A stretch of 64,000 nt of DNA, taken from an uncultured bacterium. GTDB lineage: Bacteria; Fermentibacterota; Fermentibacteria; Fermentibacterales; JCC-6. The stretch spans positions 1,058 through 65,057 of the forward strand of contig CAZSKU010000012.1 of NCBI GenBank assembly GCA_964607515.1, written 5' to 3'. Positions within the stretch are counted from its first letter, which is position 1, and every line of letters starts with the position of its first letter. The notes below the pieces were generated by a model. It made no database searches, had not been told where the DNA came from, and was given only the letters and a program-made list of their open reading frames with translations. This document shows positions 19,644 to 29,077 of the stretch, one piece after another. The position numbers and the translations under genes were made by a program.

Positions 19644-20338
19644 TGGGAAACGAGACCCTTTGGTTCATAAGCCTTCTGCTCGCCCTGTCCGCCACGCTGA
19701 TGGTGTTCCGGTACGGGGGAAGGACGGGTCTCATCGCCCTGGTGTCTTCGGTGATCATCCTGTGCAACCTGGAGGTGATGAAGCTCACCACCTTCTTCGG
19801 CGTCACGGTGACCCTGGGAAACATCCTCTACGGAGTGATCTTCTTCGCCACAGACCTTCTGAACGAGTTCTACGGCCCTTCCGAGGCCAGGAAGGCGGTG
19901 ATCGCCGGCTTCGTTTCCATGATCGCCATGACCCTGGTGATGCAGTCGGCCCTGCTCTTCACGACTGCGCCGGACCCCTGGGCCATGGAGGTGAACCAGG
20001 CCATGGGGCTTTTGTTCGGTTTCATGCCGAGGCTCGCCGCCGCCAGCGTGGCCGCCTATCTGGTCAGCCAGTTTCATGACGTCTGGGCGTACAACCTTAT
20101 CAGAAAACGCACGAAGGGCCGGTTCCTCTGGCTCAGGAACAACGGCTCCACCATGGTGAGCCAGCTCATAGACACGGTTATCTTCTGCGGAATCGCCTTC
20201 TGGGGCGTTCTGGAGAAGAGGGTGTTCCTGGACGTATTGGTGTCAACCTACCTGATGAAGTTCATTGTGGCGGCCTTCGACACCCCGTTCATGTACCTGG
20301 GGAAGAGGATGGCCGTAAAGGGAGGTGAAAGGGATTGA
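19643..20338 (+). CDS. yhhQ: queuosine-precursor transporter (YhhQ/DUF165 family)
   Basis: Polytopic protein with the DUF165 profile (GNILYGVIFFATDLLNEFYG...FVSQFHDVWAYNLIRKRTKGRFLWLRNNGSTMVSQLIDTVIF). Its ATG overlaps the previous stop (ATGA). Confidence 0.8.
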   Translation: MGNETLWFISLLLALSATLMVFRYGGRTGLIALVSSVIILCNLEVMKLTTFFGVTVTLGNILYGVIFFATDLLNEFYGPSEARKAVIAGFVSMIAMTLVMQSALLFTTAPDPWAMEVNQAMGLLFGFMPRLAAASVAAYLVSQFHDVWAYNLIRKRTKGRFLWLRNNGSTMVSQLIDTVIFCGIAFWGVLEKRVFLDVLVSTYLMKFIVAAFDTPFMYLGKRMAVKGGERD

Positions 20339-21132
20339 ATATCCTGGGAGCCCTGATGCTCCTGGCCGCGGGGGCCTTCGCCTGGACATGCCCCGCCTGC
20401 GGATCGGAGCAGGCCGGAACCGTCTGCGCCGACTGCGGCCTGCCCGAGGTTCCCGCGGGGATGGCGTACGTTCCCGCCGCCGACGTGGTGGCGGATGGCG
20501 ATACCCTTCACGTGGGGGCCTTTTTCATCGATTCGTTCCCGGTGGTGTACCGGGACGTCCTTCCATGGCTTGGTGAGAACTGCCGGGACGGAAGGGTTCT
20601 GGCCTCGGTGATCACCGGGCAGTACAACGAGAGCGGCCACTTCCTGGCCTTCACCCCCTTCGTGGCATCTCCCTCCGGGGACTACACGGTCCCCGCGGCG
20701 GTGATGGACAGACCAGCCGCGGGATTCACATGGACCGGGGCGGACTGGTTCCTGTCCTCCCGGGGTCTCCGGCTTCCCACCCTGGCGGAACTCCACTCCG
20801 CCAGTGCTTTGGGGATCATCCAGCCTTTCAGCGCCTACAGCGAGATGCAGCTGTACTCGGCCCTTCTGGAGAGCAGCCTGGGCTCCGTGCTGGGAGCCCT
20901 TTCCCGGCAGGCAATGTTCGCCGGATTCAGCACCGCCGAGGAGAGGGTGATGTGGGAACTCACCTGTACCGGGTTCCGCGGCGATCCCCTCTCCGGTGCT
21001 CCCGGAGACGAAGGGCCTGTCGTCACCCTGTTCAAACCCCTGGAAGTGCCGGTGACAGCCGGTGCGGGAAGGGACATGGGATACTTCAACGTCGTCTTCC
21101 GGGGGGCCATCGACCTCCCGGGCTTTGAGTGA
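20335..21132 (+). CDS. secreted FGE-sulfatase (SUMF1/GldK-like) domain protein
   Basis: A signal peptide is followed by MAYVPAADVV...FFIDSFPVVYRDVLPW...WFLSSRGLRLPTLAELHSA, which matches the FGE-sulfatase fold motifs (RLPTEAEWEyAA-like). It is short at 265 aa. Confidence 0.6.
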   Translation: MNILGALMLLAAGAFAWTCPACGSEQAGTVCADCGLPEVPAGMAYVPAADVVADGDTLHVGAFFIDSFPVVYRDVLPWLGENCRDGRVLASVITGQYNESGHFLAFTPFVASPSGDYTVPAAVMDRPAAGFTWTGADWFLSSRGLRLPTLAELHSASALGIIQPFSAYSEMQLYSALLESSLGSVLGALSRQAMFAGFSTAEERVMWELTCTGFRGDPLSGAPGDEGPVVTLFKPLEVPVTAGAGRDMGYFNVVFRGAIDLPGFE

Positions 21133-21145
21133 AGGGAGCACCGCC

Positions 21146-21739
21146 TTGAGAAAACTCGTCATCGCGGCAACCCTGGCGGCCCTGGTCGCCGGGTGCGGGG
21201 GACGAACCGTCACCAGGACCGATCCCGGGACCGTCACCGACCTGAGCGGTTACTGGAACGACACCGATTCCCGGATGGTGGCCGACTCCATGGTGGCCCA
21301 GTGTCTGGCAGGAAACTGGCTTCTCTCGTCCCTTCGGGGCGAGCAGGGCAGGGGCGAGACGCCGAAACCCGTGATAGTGGTGGGAGGGGTCAGAAACCAG
21401 AGCCTGGAGCACATCAATACCGGAGTTTTCATGAGCGACATCGAGAGGGCCCTGCTGAACAGCGGCCGGGTGCTCATCGCCGCGGGAGGAGAAGCCCGGG
21501 AGGAAGTGCGGGAGGAACGTCGCGACCAGTCCATCTTCGCGTCCCCTGAAACGGCGGCGGCCTTCGGAAGGGAAGTGGGTGCCGACTTCGTGATGGTGGG
21601 GACCGTCAACTCCGTGGAGGACCAGGAAGGCGATGTCCGGGCGGTCTACTACCAGGTCAACCTGGAACTCGTGAGCGTAGAGACGGCCCTCAAGGTCTGG
21701 ATGGGCTCCACCGAGATCAAGAAGATCATCGAGTGGTGA
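21146..21739 (+). CDS. LpoB/COG3417-like lipoprotein
   Basis: The TTG start is preceded by GAAGGGAG. The lipobox is LVAGCGG. The C-domain (PKPVIVVGGVRNQSLEHINTGVFMSDIERALLNSGRV...FVMVGTVNSVEDQEGDVRAVYYQVNLELVSVETALKVW) resembles PBP-activator LpoB-type folds. Confidence 0.5.
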   Translation: MRKLVIAATLAALVAGCGGRTVTRTDPGTVTDLSGYWNDTDSRMVADSMVAQCLAGNWLLSSLRGEQGRGETPKPVIVVGGVRNQSLEHINTGVFMSDIERALLNSGRVLIAAGGEAREEVREERRDQSIFASPETAAAFGREVGADFVMVGTVNSVEDQEGDVRAVYYQVNLELVSVETALKVWMGSTEIKKIIEW

Positions 21740-23037
21740 AATTCCTTCCCGTTCCCGCACTGCTGGCGTTGACGCTGGCTTGTGCGACGGGCTACACTGG
21801 CACCGTCCGTCCCGTGGTTGACATGCTGGAGGACGAAAGGCCCGAAGCGGCCATGGAAAGGCTTCGGGAAGTCTTCCCCGATTCCACCGGGAACGACAGA
21901 CTCCTGTATCTGATGGAACTTGGGAACCTGTCCCGGTACGCCGGGCTTCTTCCGGTCTCCCGGGCCGCCCTGCTCAGGGCGGCCGCCCTGAGCGACCGGC
22001 AGCGGGGCATCCGGGTGGACCAGGAGGCGGCGTCCATGCTCACCGGCGAACTGGCCCGGGAGTTCCGCGGCGCCGACTACGAGAAGGTCTTCATCAACTA
22101 CGCCCTCGCGGCGGGTTACGCATCGGAGGGGAACCTGGAGGAGGCCCTGGTGGAGGCCCGCCGGGTGAACCAGAAGCTCCGGGAGTTCAACGTCGAGTAC
22201 GGGGAAAACCCCAACAGGTACATAGACGACGCCTTCATCAGGTACTTCATGGGAACCCTTTACGAAGCCGGGGGAGAGCTGTCCGACGCCCTGGTGAGCT
22301 ACCGGCGGGCGCTTCAGGTATACGAAGGGGACTACTCAAGGAACTATGGCGTTCCTCCGCCGGAAAGACTCAGGGCGGACCTCCTCCGGTTGTCCTTCGA
22401 GACGGGTTTTCAAAGCCTTCAGTCCGAACTGGAACTGAAATGGCCGGATACGGACTGGGAGAACACAGGTCCGGGCCGGGGATTCGGGGAACTGGTAGTG
22501 GTGCTGGAGGCCGGAAGCATCTCCAGAAGACACGAGGTGAGCCATACCGTCACCACGGAGGACCGGGTCTTCCAGATTTCCCTTCCCGCCATCCCCGACT
22601 TTCCCCGACGGCCTGTGACCGCCACGGCCTCGGCGGCCGGGCACCGGACCGGCTTTTTCCTGGTGCAGGACATGAACGCGCTGGCCAGGGCCAACCTGGA
22701 GGACCACGCAGCCCGGGACCTGGTGAGGGCCGCCGCCCGGACCCTGGTCAAGGCCGGGGTGGCGCAGCTCGGGGAGGAACTGGCGGAAAACGCCAGCGAC
22801 GATTCCCGGGTGGGCGACGTGGTGGGCCTGATCCTGAGCATCGCCGGGGCGGTGACCGACCGGGCTGACCTCAGGGCCTGGCTGACGATGCCGGCCCAGA
22901 TCCACATGGCCAGGCTGAGGGTTCCCCCGGGAACATGGCCCCTGACGGTGACCGTGAACGGAGTCTCAACCAGCCACGCTCCCGTGGAGGTGCCGGAGGG
23001 CGAAATGGTGTTCGTCTTCGTGAGGCGGAACCTGTGA
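21733..23037 (+). CDS. hypothetical lipoprotein with a TPR-like N-terminal region
   Basis: The GTG start overlaps the previous gene. The lipobox is LTLACATG. The N-terminal region is helical and TPR-like, and the C-terminal half is uncharacterised. Confidence 0.5.
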   Translation: MVKFLPVPALLALTLACATGYTGTVRPVVDMLEDERPEAAMERLREVFPDSTGNDRLLYLMELGNLSRYAGLLPVSRAALLRAAALSDRQRGIRVDQEAASMLTGELAREFRGADYEKVFINYALAAGYASEGNLEEALVEARRVNQKLREFNVEYGENPNRYIDDAFIRYFMGTLYEAGGELSDALVSYRRALQVYEGDYSRNYGVPPPERLRADLLRLSFETGFQSLQSELELKWPDTDWENTGPGRGFGELVVVLEAGSISRRHEVSHTVTTEDRVFQISLPAIPDFPRRPVTATASAAGHRTGFFLVQDMNALARANLEDHAARDLVRAAARTLVKAGVAQLGEELAENASDDSRVGDVVGLILSIAGAVTDRADLRAWLTMPAQIHMARLRVPPGTWPLTVTVNGVSTSHAPVEVPEGEMVFVFVRRNL

Positions 23038-23696
23038 CGGTTCCAGAGGGCATCCCCGGCAGGATAGATCATACGGTTCTCCGCCCTGACGCCGCTTTCG
23101 GCGACATCCGCCGGTATTGCGAAGAGGCGATGGAGTACGGGTTCCGCTCGGTATGCGTGAACCCGTGCAGGGTGGCCCTGGCGTACTCCATTCTGGGCCG
23201 CGGCGCCCCCAAGGTTTGCTCCGTGGCGGGTTTTCCCCTGGGTTCAGGCCCCGCCACTCCCCGGGAGGCCGGCATCGCGGCGGAACAGGGGGCCGGTGAG
23301 ATAGACGCGGTTCTGCCGGTGGGACTTCTCAGGGACGGAGACGCGGCAGGTGTCCTGGGGCTGCTGAAGGATGTGGTCTCCGCCGCCGGAGTTCCGGTGA
23401 AGATCATTCTGGAGACGTGTCTGCTCACCCTTGAGGAGAAACTTCTGGCGTGCCGCCTGGCGGTGGATGCCGGGGCCTTCTGCGTCAAAACCTCCACGGG
23501 ATTCGGTGCGGGAGGCGCGACCGTGGAGGATGTAACCCTTATTCGCAGGACGGTGGGACCGGGTATTCAGGTGAAAGCCTCGGGCGGAATCAGGACCCCG
23601 GAGACCCTTCGGGCGATGCTGGACGCGGGCGCCACCATCATAGGCACCAGCTCCGGGGTGGAGATACTGAAAAAGATGAGGCGGCCGGAGGGGTGA
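23034..23696 (+). CDS. deoC: deoxyribose-phosphate aldolase
   Basis: IDHTVLRPDA...VCVNPCRV...VAGFPLGS...AGEIDAVLPVG...CVKTSTGFGAGGATVEDVTLIRRTVG...VKASGGIRT (active-site Lys region). Confidence 0.9.
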   Translation: MTVPEGIPGRIDHTVLRPDAAFGDIRRYCEEAMEYGFRSVCVNPCRVALAYSILGRGAPKVCSVAGFPLGSGPATPREAGIAAEQGAGEIDAVLPVGLLRDGDAAGVLGLLKDVVSAAGVPVKIILETCLLTLEEKLLACRLAVDAGAFCVKTSTGFGAGGATVEDVTLIRRTVGPGIQVKASGGIRTPETLRAMLDAGATIIGTSSGVEILKKMRRPEG

Positions 23697-23735
23697 CCGG
23701 CCGCCTGCCTGCCCCGGTTCCGAGGGGCTTCCGGT

Positions 23736-23766
23736 CCGGAATGGGGAGGGGATCCATTCCTTTTCA
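23736..23766 (+). terminator. putative rho-independent terminator after deoC
   Basis: Stem GGAATGG / CCATTCC with a 9-nt loop, followed by TTTTC. It lies about 40 nt after the deoC stop. Confidence 0.4.
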
Positions 23767-23832
23767 TTCAAGACCCTTTTTTCACCCCGATGGGTGACGG
23801 AACCGGAACCGAAACAAATGCGAAATACAAGA

Positions 23833-23857
23833 AGCAAGAAGGTTGCCAAAAATGACT
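23833..23857 (+). repeat. direct repeat copy 1 (AGCAAGAAGGTTGCCAAAAATGACT), containing the start codon of a 100-aa ORF
   Basis: 23 of 25 nt are shared with copy 2 at 24153..24175. Both copies end in ATG ACT (Met-Thr). Confidence 0.4.
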
Positions 23858-24152
23858 TCTTCCCCTGACGCAGCGCTTCCAATGAATGGAACGGGCGGCC
23901 GTTTCACAGGCCGCCCGCTGTTCCGGGCCGCATGGGTTGCGGGGTTCATACTCCCCTGGGCCTGTCAGGGAGGGGATCAGACCGGCCTCGCCAGGAGTAT
24001 GATGGTCGGCAGCGCCGTCCCCGTTAGGATCAGCATCAGCCATCTCTTCAGCCCGGGTTTATACATCGCAGCTCCCTTCACGGAGGACTCTGCATTGGCT
24101 CCAACGACACAACCGATACAACGCGGTGCACAACCAACACACCTTGTGAAGT

Positions 24153-24175
24153 AGCAAGAAGGGTGCCAAATGACT
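24153..24175 (+). repeat. direct repeat copy 2 (AGCAAGAAGGGTGCCAAATGACT), containing the uvrD start codon
   Basis: See copy 1 at 23833..23857. Confidence 0.4.
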
Positions 24176-26305
24176 GAACCGCATCTCAATCCGGAACAGA
24201 GGGAAGCGGTGGAGTACGACGAGGGGCACCTTCTGGTGCTGGCGGGGGCAGGGAGCGGCAAAACCAGGGTGCTGACCTCGAAAATCATCCATCTTCTTAA
24301 GACAGGCGCGGCGAAACCGGGCAATGTTCTGGCGATGACCTTTACCAACAAGGCTGCCGCGGAAATGGGCGGCAGGGTGGCTTCCATGCTGGACGGAAAC
24401 CGCCTTCCCAGGATGGGGACATTCCATTCGGTGTGCCTCTGGATGCTCCGCAGGGAAGCTTCACGCCTGGGACTGAAGGACTGTTTCACCATATACGACA
24501 GGGACGACCAGAAGAGCATGGTCAGGAAGATACTCAGGGGTCTTGGCCAGCCACCGGGTGTCACCGTTTCGGCGGCGCTGTCATGGATATCGGCGGTGAA
24601 GAGCGACGACGGCGAAGGTGCGCCTGCCGCGGAAGGGGCCGGCAACCCCTGGCGGGAAACCCTGGAAAGGGTTTACCAGGCGTACCGGCGGGGCATGGAG
24701 GAAAACGGGGCTCTGGACTTCGACGATCTATTGACATATGCACGAAGGGCATTATGTCAAAATGCTGACATAGGGAATTACTACCGCTCCAGATTCACCC
24801 GGATCCTGGTGGACGAGTACCAGGACACCAACCTGGTTCAGCACCGGATACTCCGGGCCCTTGCGGGTGAGGACTCAAGGGTCACCGTGGTGGGTGACGA
24901 CGATCAGGCCATCTACGGGTGGAGGGGTGCGAGGGTTTCCAACATCCTGGAGTTTCCCGCGGACTTCCCTGGAACCAGGATAATCCGCCTGGAGACCAAC
25001 TACCGGTCCACCGGCAGTATTCTGCGGGCGGCGGGAACCCTGGTGGCCCGCAACACCTCCAGGCACGGCAAGACGCTGAGACCGGTGAACGAGGAGGGTG
25101 AGCCGGTTGCGGTGATTCCCGCGGCCACCCCGACCCATGAAGCCCGGTGGATAGTGGACTCGGCGGCGGAGTTCCGGTCCGACGGGGTCCCCCTGGAAAG
25201 GATGGCGGTCCTGTACAGGACCAACGCCCAGTCCCGGGAGTTGGAGGCCGCCTGCCGGCTCGGGGACGTCAGGTACGAGGTGGTGGGGGCCCAGCGATTC
25301 TTCGAGCGGGAGGAGATCAAGGACCTTGTGAGCTACCTCAGGGTGGTTGTGAATCCCGGGGACGGGGAGAGCCTTTCCCGGATCATCAACAAGCCCGCCA
25401 GGGGAGTCGGGGAGAAGAGCGCGGCAAGCTTTTTCCAGCAAGCCCGTTTGCGTGGACTGGACTACCTCTCCGCGCTGGCCTCCGCCACGAAGCTGCCCGG
25501 AGTGCACCCCCGGGGGGCCGCCGCCCTGGAACGTCTGGGGGAGACCCTGGGAAGGGCTGCGGAGATGGTCTCCCGGGGGGACCCGGCCGGGGAGATAGCG
25601 GACTTGGTTCTCCTGGAGACGGGGCTGGCGGAGCAGTACGGCTCCGGAGAGGTCACGGACCAGGCCAGGCTGGAGAACCTGGAGGAGTTTCGAAGATTCG
25701 CCGCCCAGTACGATATCGAGAGGCCGCGGGGAGGGTTGACGGGATTCCTCATGGAACAGAGCCTCATGACCACCCAGGATTCCTACAGCGGCCAGGGACT
25801 CGCCCTGATGACACTCCACTGCGCCAAGGGGCTGGAATTCGACGTGGTCTTCATCGCCGGCCTGGAGGAGGGGCTGCTGCCCCACATCCGCAGAGGGGAG
25901 AGGGGTCCGGCGGACCTGGAGGAGGAGAGGAGGCTTCTCTACGTGGGAATGACCCGGGCCAGAAAGCGCCTGTTCCTCACCACCTGCGCCTCCAGGGCCG
26001 GCCGGGGAGGCTACTGGGGCGGCCCGTCCCGGTTTCTGGCCGAGATCGCTCCTGCACTTCCCCCCCGGGACGCCCACTCCGCCTCGCTGCCCCCCGAACC
26101 CCCCCGGGAGGAGAGCTTCCGCCGGGGCGAGATCATCGGGCATCCCAGGTACGGCAGGGGAATGGTCCTCTCGGCCCGGCGCCGGAGCGGCGAGTGGGAA
26201 CTCACCATCGATTTCGGCTTCGACGAACCGAAGACCATCCTCACGGGCTATGTTCCGATTCAAAGGTATGGGGACGGAGTAAACAAAGTCAACAAACAAT
26301 GGTAA
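24170..26305 (+). CDS. uvrD: ATP-dependent DNA helicase UvrD/PcrA
   Basis: LNPEQREAVEYDEGHLLVLAGAGSGKTRVLTSKIIHLL (motif I), VDEYQDTN (motif II), and the helicase motifs III-VI in order. Confidence 0.95.
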   Translation: MTEPHLNPEQREAVEYDEGHLLVLAGAGSGKTRVLTSKIIHLLKTGAAKPGNVLAMTFTNKAAAEMGGRVASMLDGNRLPRMGTFHSVCLWMLRREASRLGLKDCFTIYDRDDQKSMVRKILRGLGQPPGVTVSAALSWISAVKSDDGEGAPAAEGAGNPWRETLERVYQAYRRGMEENGALDFDDLLTYARRALCQNADIGNYYRSRFTRILVDEYQDTNLVQHRILRALAGEDSRVTVVGDDDQAIYGWRGARVSNILEFPADFPGTRIIRLETNYRSTGSILRAAGTLVARNTSRHGKTLRPVNEEGEPVAVIPAATPTHEARWIVDSAAEFRSDGVPLERMAVLYRTNAQSRELEAACRLGDVRYEVVGAQRFFEREEIKDLVSYLRVVVNPGDGESLSRIINKPARGVGEKSAASFFQQARLRGLDYLSALASATKLPGVHPRGAAALERLGETLGRAAEMVSRGDPAGEIADLVLLETGLAEQYGSGEVTDQARLENLEEFRRFAAQYDIERPRGGLTGFLMEQSLMTTQDSYSGQGLALMTLHCAKGLEFDVVFIAGLEEGLLPHIRRGERGPADLEEERRLLYVGMTRARKRLFLTTCASRAGRGGYWGGPSRFLAEIAPALPPRDAHSASLPPEPPREESFRRGEIIGHPRYGRGMVLSARRRSGEWELTIDFGFDEPKTILTGYVPIQRYGDGVNKVNKQW

Positions 26306-26313
26306 ACCGCTGT

Positions 26314-27132
26314 ATGGCAAAAATATGGAGTTCGGATGAACTGCGGGTCGAATGCAGAAGGGTCAGAGCGCTGATTCTGAAAATGATCCACGGGGCAGGC
26401 AGCGGTCATCCCGGGGGAAGCCTCTCCTGCGTGGAAATCCTGGTGGTGCTCTACAGGATGATCCTCCACCACGACCCGGACAATCCTTCCATGGAGGACA
26501 GGGACAGGTTCGTCCTCTCTAAGGGCCATGGAGCTCCGGCCCTGTACGCTGTCCTGGCCCGTTGCGGATACTTACCGGAAGAAGAGCTGGCAACCCTGCG
26601 AAAAGTCGGTTCCAGGCTGCAGGGACACCCGCACATGCAGAGCCTCAGGGGCCTCGACAGCTCCACCGGCAGCCTGGGCCACGGGCTCTCCATCGCCGTT
26701 GGAATGGCTCTCGGGCTTCGACTGAAGGACAATCCGGCAGGAGTGTACTGCCTTCTGGGCGACGGCGAACTTCAGGAGGGCAGCGTCTGGGAGGCCGCCA
26801 TGTCGGCGCCCGCCCTGGGACTGAACAACCTGTGCGCGTTGGTGGACAACAACAGGGTTCAGCTGGACGGTCCGACCGCGGAGGTGATGCCGGTGGATCC
26901 CCTGGAGGAGAAATGGAGCGCCTTCGGCTGGGAGGTGCTGCGGTGTCCGGGACACGACGTGGATGCCCTGATCACCGCTCTGAAAGGGGAAGCCGCCCGG
27001 CCCAGGGTGATAATCGCCGATACCGTCAAGGGCCGGGGTGTCTCTTTCATGGAGGGAGACAGCCTTTGGCACGGCAGGGCTCCCGATGAAGGGGAGCTGA
27101 AAAAGGCGCTCCGGGAGGTGGAATCTGGCTGA
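26314..27132 (+). CDS. transketolase, N-terminal (TPP-binding) subunit
   Basis: GSGHPGGSLSCVEILVVLY...SKGHGAPALYAVLA...GSLGHGLSIAVGMAL...LLGDGELQEGSVWEAAM. Confidence 0.9.
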   Translation: MAKIWSSDELRVECRRVRALILKMIHGAGSGHPGGSLSCVEILVVLYRMILHHDPDNPSMEDRDRFVLSKGHGAPALYAVLARCGYLPEEELATLRKVGSRLQGHPHMQSLRGLDSSTGSLGHGLSIAVGMALGLRLKDNPAGVYCLLGDGELQEGSVWEAAMSAPALGLNNLCALVDNNRVQLDGPTAEVMPVDPLEEKWSAFGWEVLRCPGHDVDALITALKGEAARPRVIIADTVKGRGVSFMEGDSLWHGRAPDEGELKKALREVESG

Positions 27133-28072
27133 TGGCGCCCTCAGGGCCACCAGGGAGGGCTACCTGGAAGGGCTTCTTGAAGCCGGAGAGAGGGACCGCA
27201 GGGTGGTCGTCCTCGATGGCGACGTGGGAAGGTCCCTGGGAACCGGCGCTTTCCGGGACCGTTTTCCCGAAAGGTACAGGAACCTGGGCATCGCCGAACA
27301 GAACATCGCCGGTTGCGCCGCCGGACTGGCACTGGAGGGCTTCATCCCATTCTACAGCACCTATGGCGTGTTCGCCGTAGGAAGGGCTCTGGACCAGATC
27401 AGAACGTCAATCTGCAACATGAACCTGCGGGTGAGGATAGGAGGCGCCCACGGGGGGACCAGCGTGGGCCCCGACGGCGGAACCCATCAGGCCCTGGAGG
27501 ACATCGCCCAGACCAGAAGCCTGCCCGGCATGACCGTGCTGGTCCCCGCCGATGCGGGACAGACCAGGGAGGCGGTTCTGGCCTCTCTGGGCATTCCGGG
27601 GCCGGTGTACCTGAGATTCGGGAGAAACCCGGTGCCCGCGGTTTACCGGGAATCGGTCCCGGTGGCCGCCGGCAGGGGCAACCTTCTTAGGAAGGGAAGA
27701 GACCTTTTGATAGTGGCTTGCGGTGCCATGGTCGCCCATGCACTGGACGCCGCGGTGCTTCTGTCCGGAAAGGGCCTTTCGGTCTCGGTGATTGACATGG
27801 TGTCCGTAAAGCCGCTGGACGGGGAACTTATTCTAAAGGCGGCCGGTGGGGCCGCGGGGGTGGTCACCGCCGAAGACCATCAAACCGCCGGAGGGTTGGG
27901 CGGAGCGGTGGCGGAGTTCCTGGGGGAGCACCTGCCCAGGCCGATGAGAATCCTCGGGGTGCCGGGACGCTTCGGGGAGAGCGGAACCCCGGAGGAACTG
28001 AGGGGCCTCTTCGGCCTTACCGCGGAGGGAATCGCGGCTGCGGCCATTGACTTGGCGGGGTGGCGGGAATAG
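27132..28072 (+). CDS. transketolase, C-terminal subunit (apparent +1/-2 frame discontinuity within the first codons)
   Basis: The conserved N-terminus (GALRATREGYLEGLLEAGERDRRVVVLDGDVG) reads in the frame of ORF 27203 upstream to 27134 with no in-frame canonical start. The ATG at 27132, overlapping the N-subunit stop, is one base out of frame. Adding one G to ATGGCGCC (giving ATGGGCGCC) would restore MGALRAT. The rest of the gene (IAEQNIAGCAAGLALEG...RFGESGTPEEL) is intact. Confidence 0.7.
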
Positions 28073-28136
28073 GATGCAAACTGCTGGAAATCGGCAAATT
28101 CCACTCTCGGTTTTATCCTGAAAGGAAGTGGTATTC

Positions 28137-29054
28137 ATGGCAAGAATACTGATCTGCGATCCGGTGTCCGAGGATGCCCTGGATGTGATCCGCAGGGCCG
28201 GGCACGAAGTAGTGGTAAAGACCGGAATGGACCAGGACACCCTCATCCAGACCGCCCCCGGATTCGACGCCATGGTGGTGAGAAGCGCCACCAAGGTCAG
28301 GGTCCCGGTTCTGGACGCCGCCAGGAATTCCCTGAAGCTGGTGGTCAGGGGGGGAGTGGGGGTCGACAGCATCGACGTGGACCATGCACAGACCCTCGGA
28401 ATCGCCGTGAAGAACACTCCGGCCGCCAGTTCGGTGGCAGTGGCTGAACTGGCCCTGGGCCACATGCTGGCCTGCTGCCGTGGAATTCCCGGAGCCGACA
28501 GGACCATGAAAGACGGCGTCTGGGACAAGAAATCCTTCAGCAAGGGGCTCGAACTCTACAATTCCACTCTCGGTCTGGTAGGATTCGGCAGAATCGCCAG
28601 GGAAGTCGCCAAGCGGGCCGACGCGTTCGGCATGAAGGTCATTTTCTACGATCCCTACGCCGGAGAATCTCCCTCCATCGCAGCACGCAAGGTAGACCTG
28701 GACACTCTCTGCCGGGAATCGGACTTCATCAGCCTGCACGTCCCCTACACCGGGGAAACCGCCCACATCCTCGACGCAGCCAGATTCGCCATGATGAAGA
28801 AGGGCGTTGTTATCGTGAACTGCGGCCGGGGCGGCACCATTGACGAGGTTGCCCTTCAGGCGGCCCTGGAGGAGGGAAGGGTTCATTCCGCGGCTCTGGA
28901 CGTTTTCGAGACCGAGCCGCTCACCGGTGCTGACAGCTCCCTGATCAAGAACCCCAGGGTGGTTGCCAGCCCCCACATGGGCGCCGGTACCCTGGGGGCG
29001 ACGGACAGGATCGGAGTCGAGGTTGCGGACATCATCGTGGACTATTTCAAGTAG
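28137..29054 (+). CDS. serA: D-isomer-specific 2-hydroxyacid dehydrogenase (short D-3-phosphoglycerate dehydrogenase-like)
   Basis: GLVGFGRIAREVAKRADAFGMKV NAD-binding motif. Catalytic R, E and H lie in ...VVIVNCGRGGTIDE...SPHMGAGT. Confidence 0.8.
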   Translation: MARILICDPVSEDALDVIRRAGHEVVVKTGMDQDTLIQTAPGFDAMVVRSATKVRVPVLDAARNSLKLVVRGGVGVDSIDVDHAQTLGIAVKNTPAASSVAVAELALGHMLACCRGIPGADRTMKDGVWDKKSFSKGLELYNSTLGLVGFGRIAREVAKRADAFGMKVIFYDPYAGESPSIAARKVDLDTLCRESDFISLHVPYTGETAHILDAARFAMMKKGVVIVNCGRGGTIDEVALQAALEEGRVHSAALDVFETEPLTGADSSLIKNPRVVASPHMGAGTLGATDRIGVEVADIIVDYFK

Positions 29055-29077
29055 GCAACACTGCGAAAGGCGGGCCG

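Noticed and set aside
22935-23033. Upstream extension of deoC (ORF-track start 22935)
   Set aside because: The extension lies inside the preceding lipoprotein gene in another frame. GTG 23034 gives a full-length DeoC with its conserved N-terminus.
24875-26320. 481-aa minus-strand ORF
   Set aside because: It is antisense to uvrD/pcrA.
28099-28579. 15-nt exact repeat AATTCCACTCTCGGT at 28099 and 28561
   Set aside because: One copy is intergenic and the other is inside serA. A single 15-mer coincidence is within chance expectation for 64 kb.
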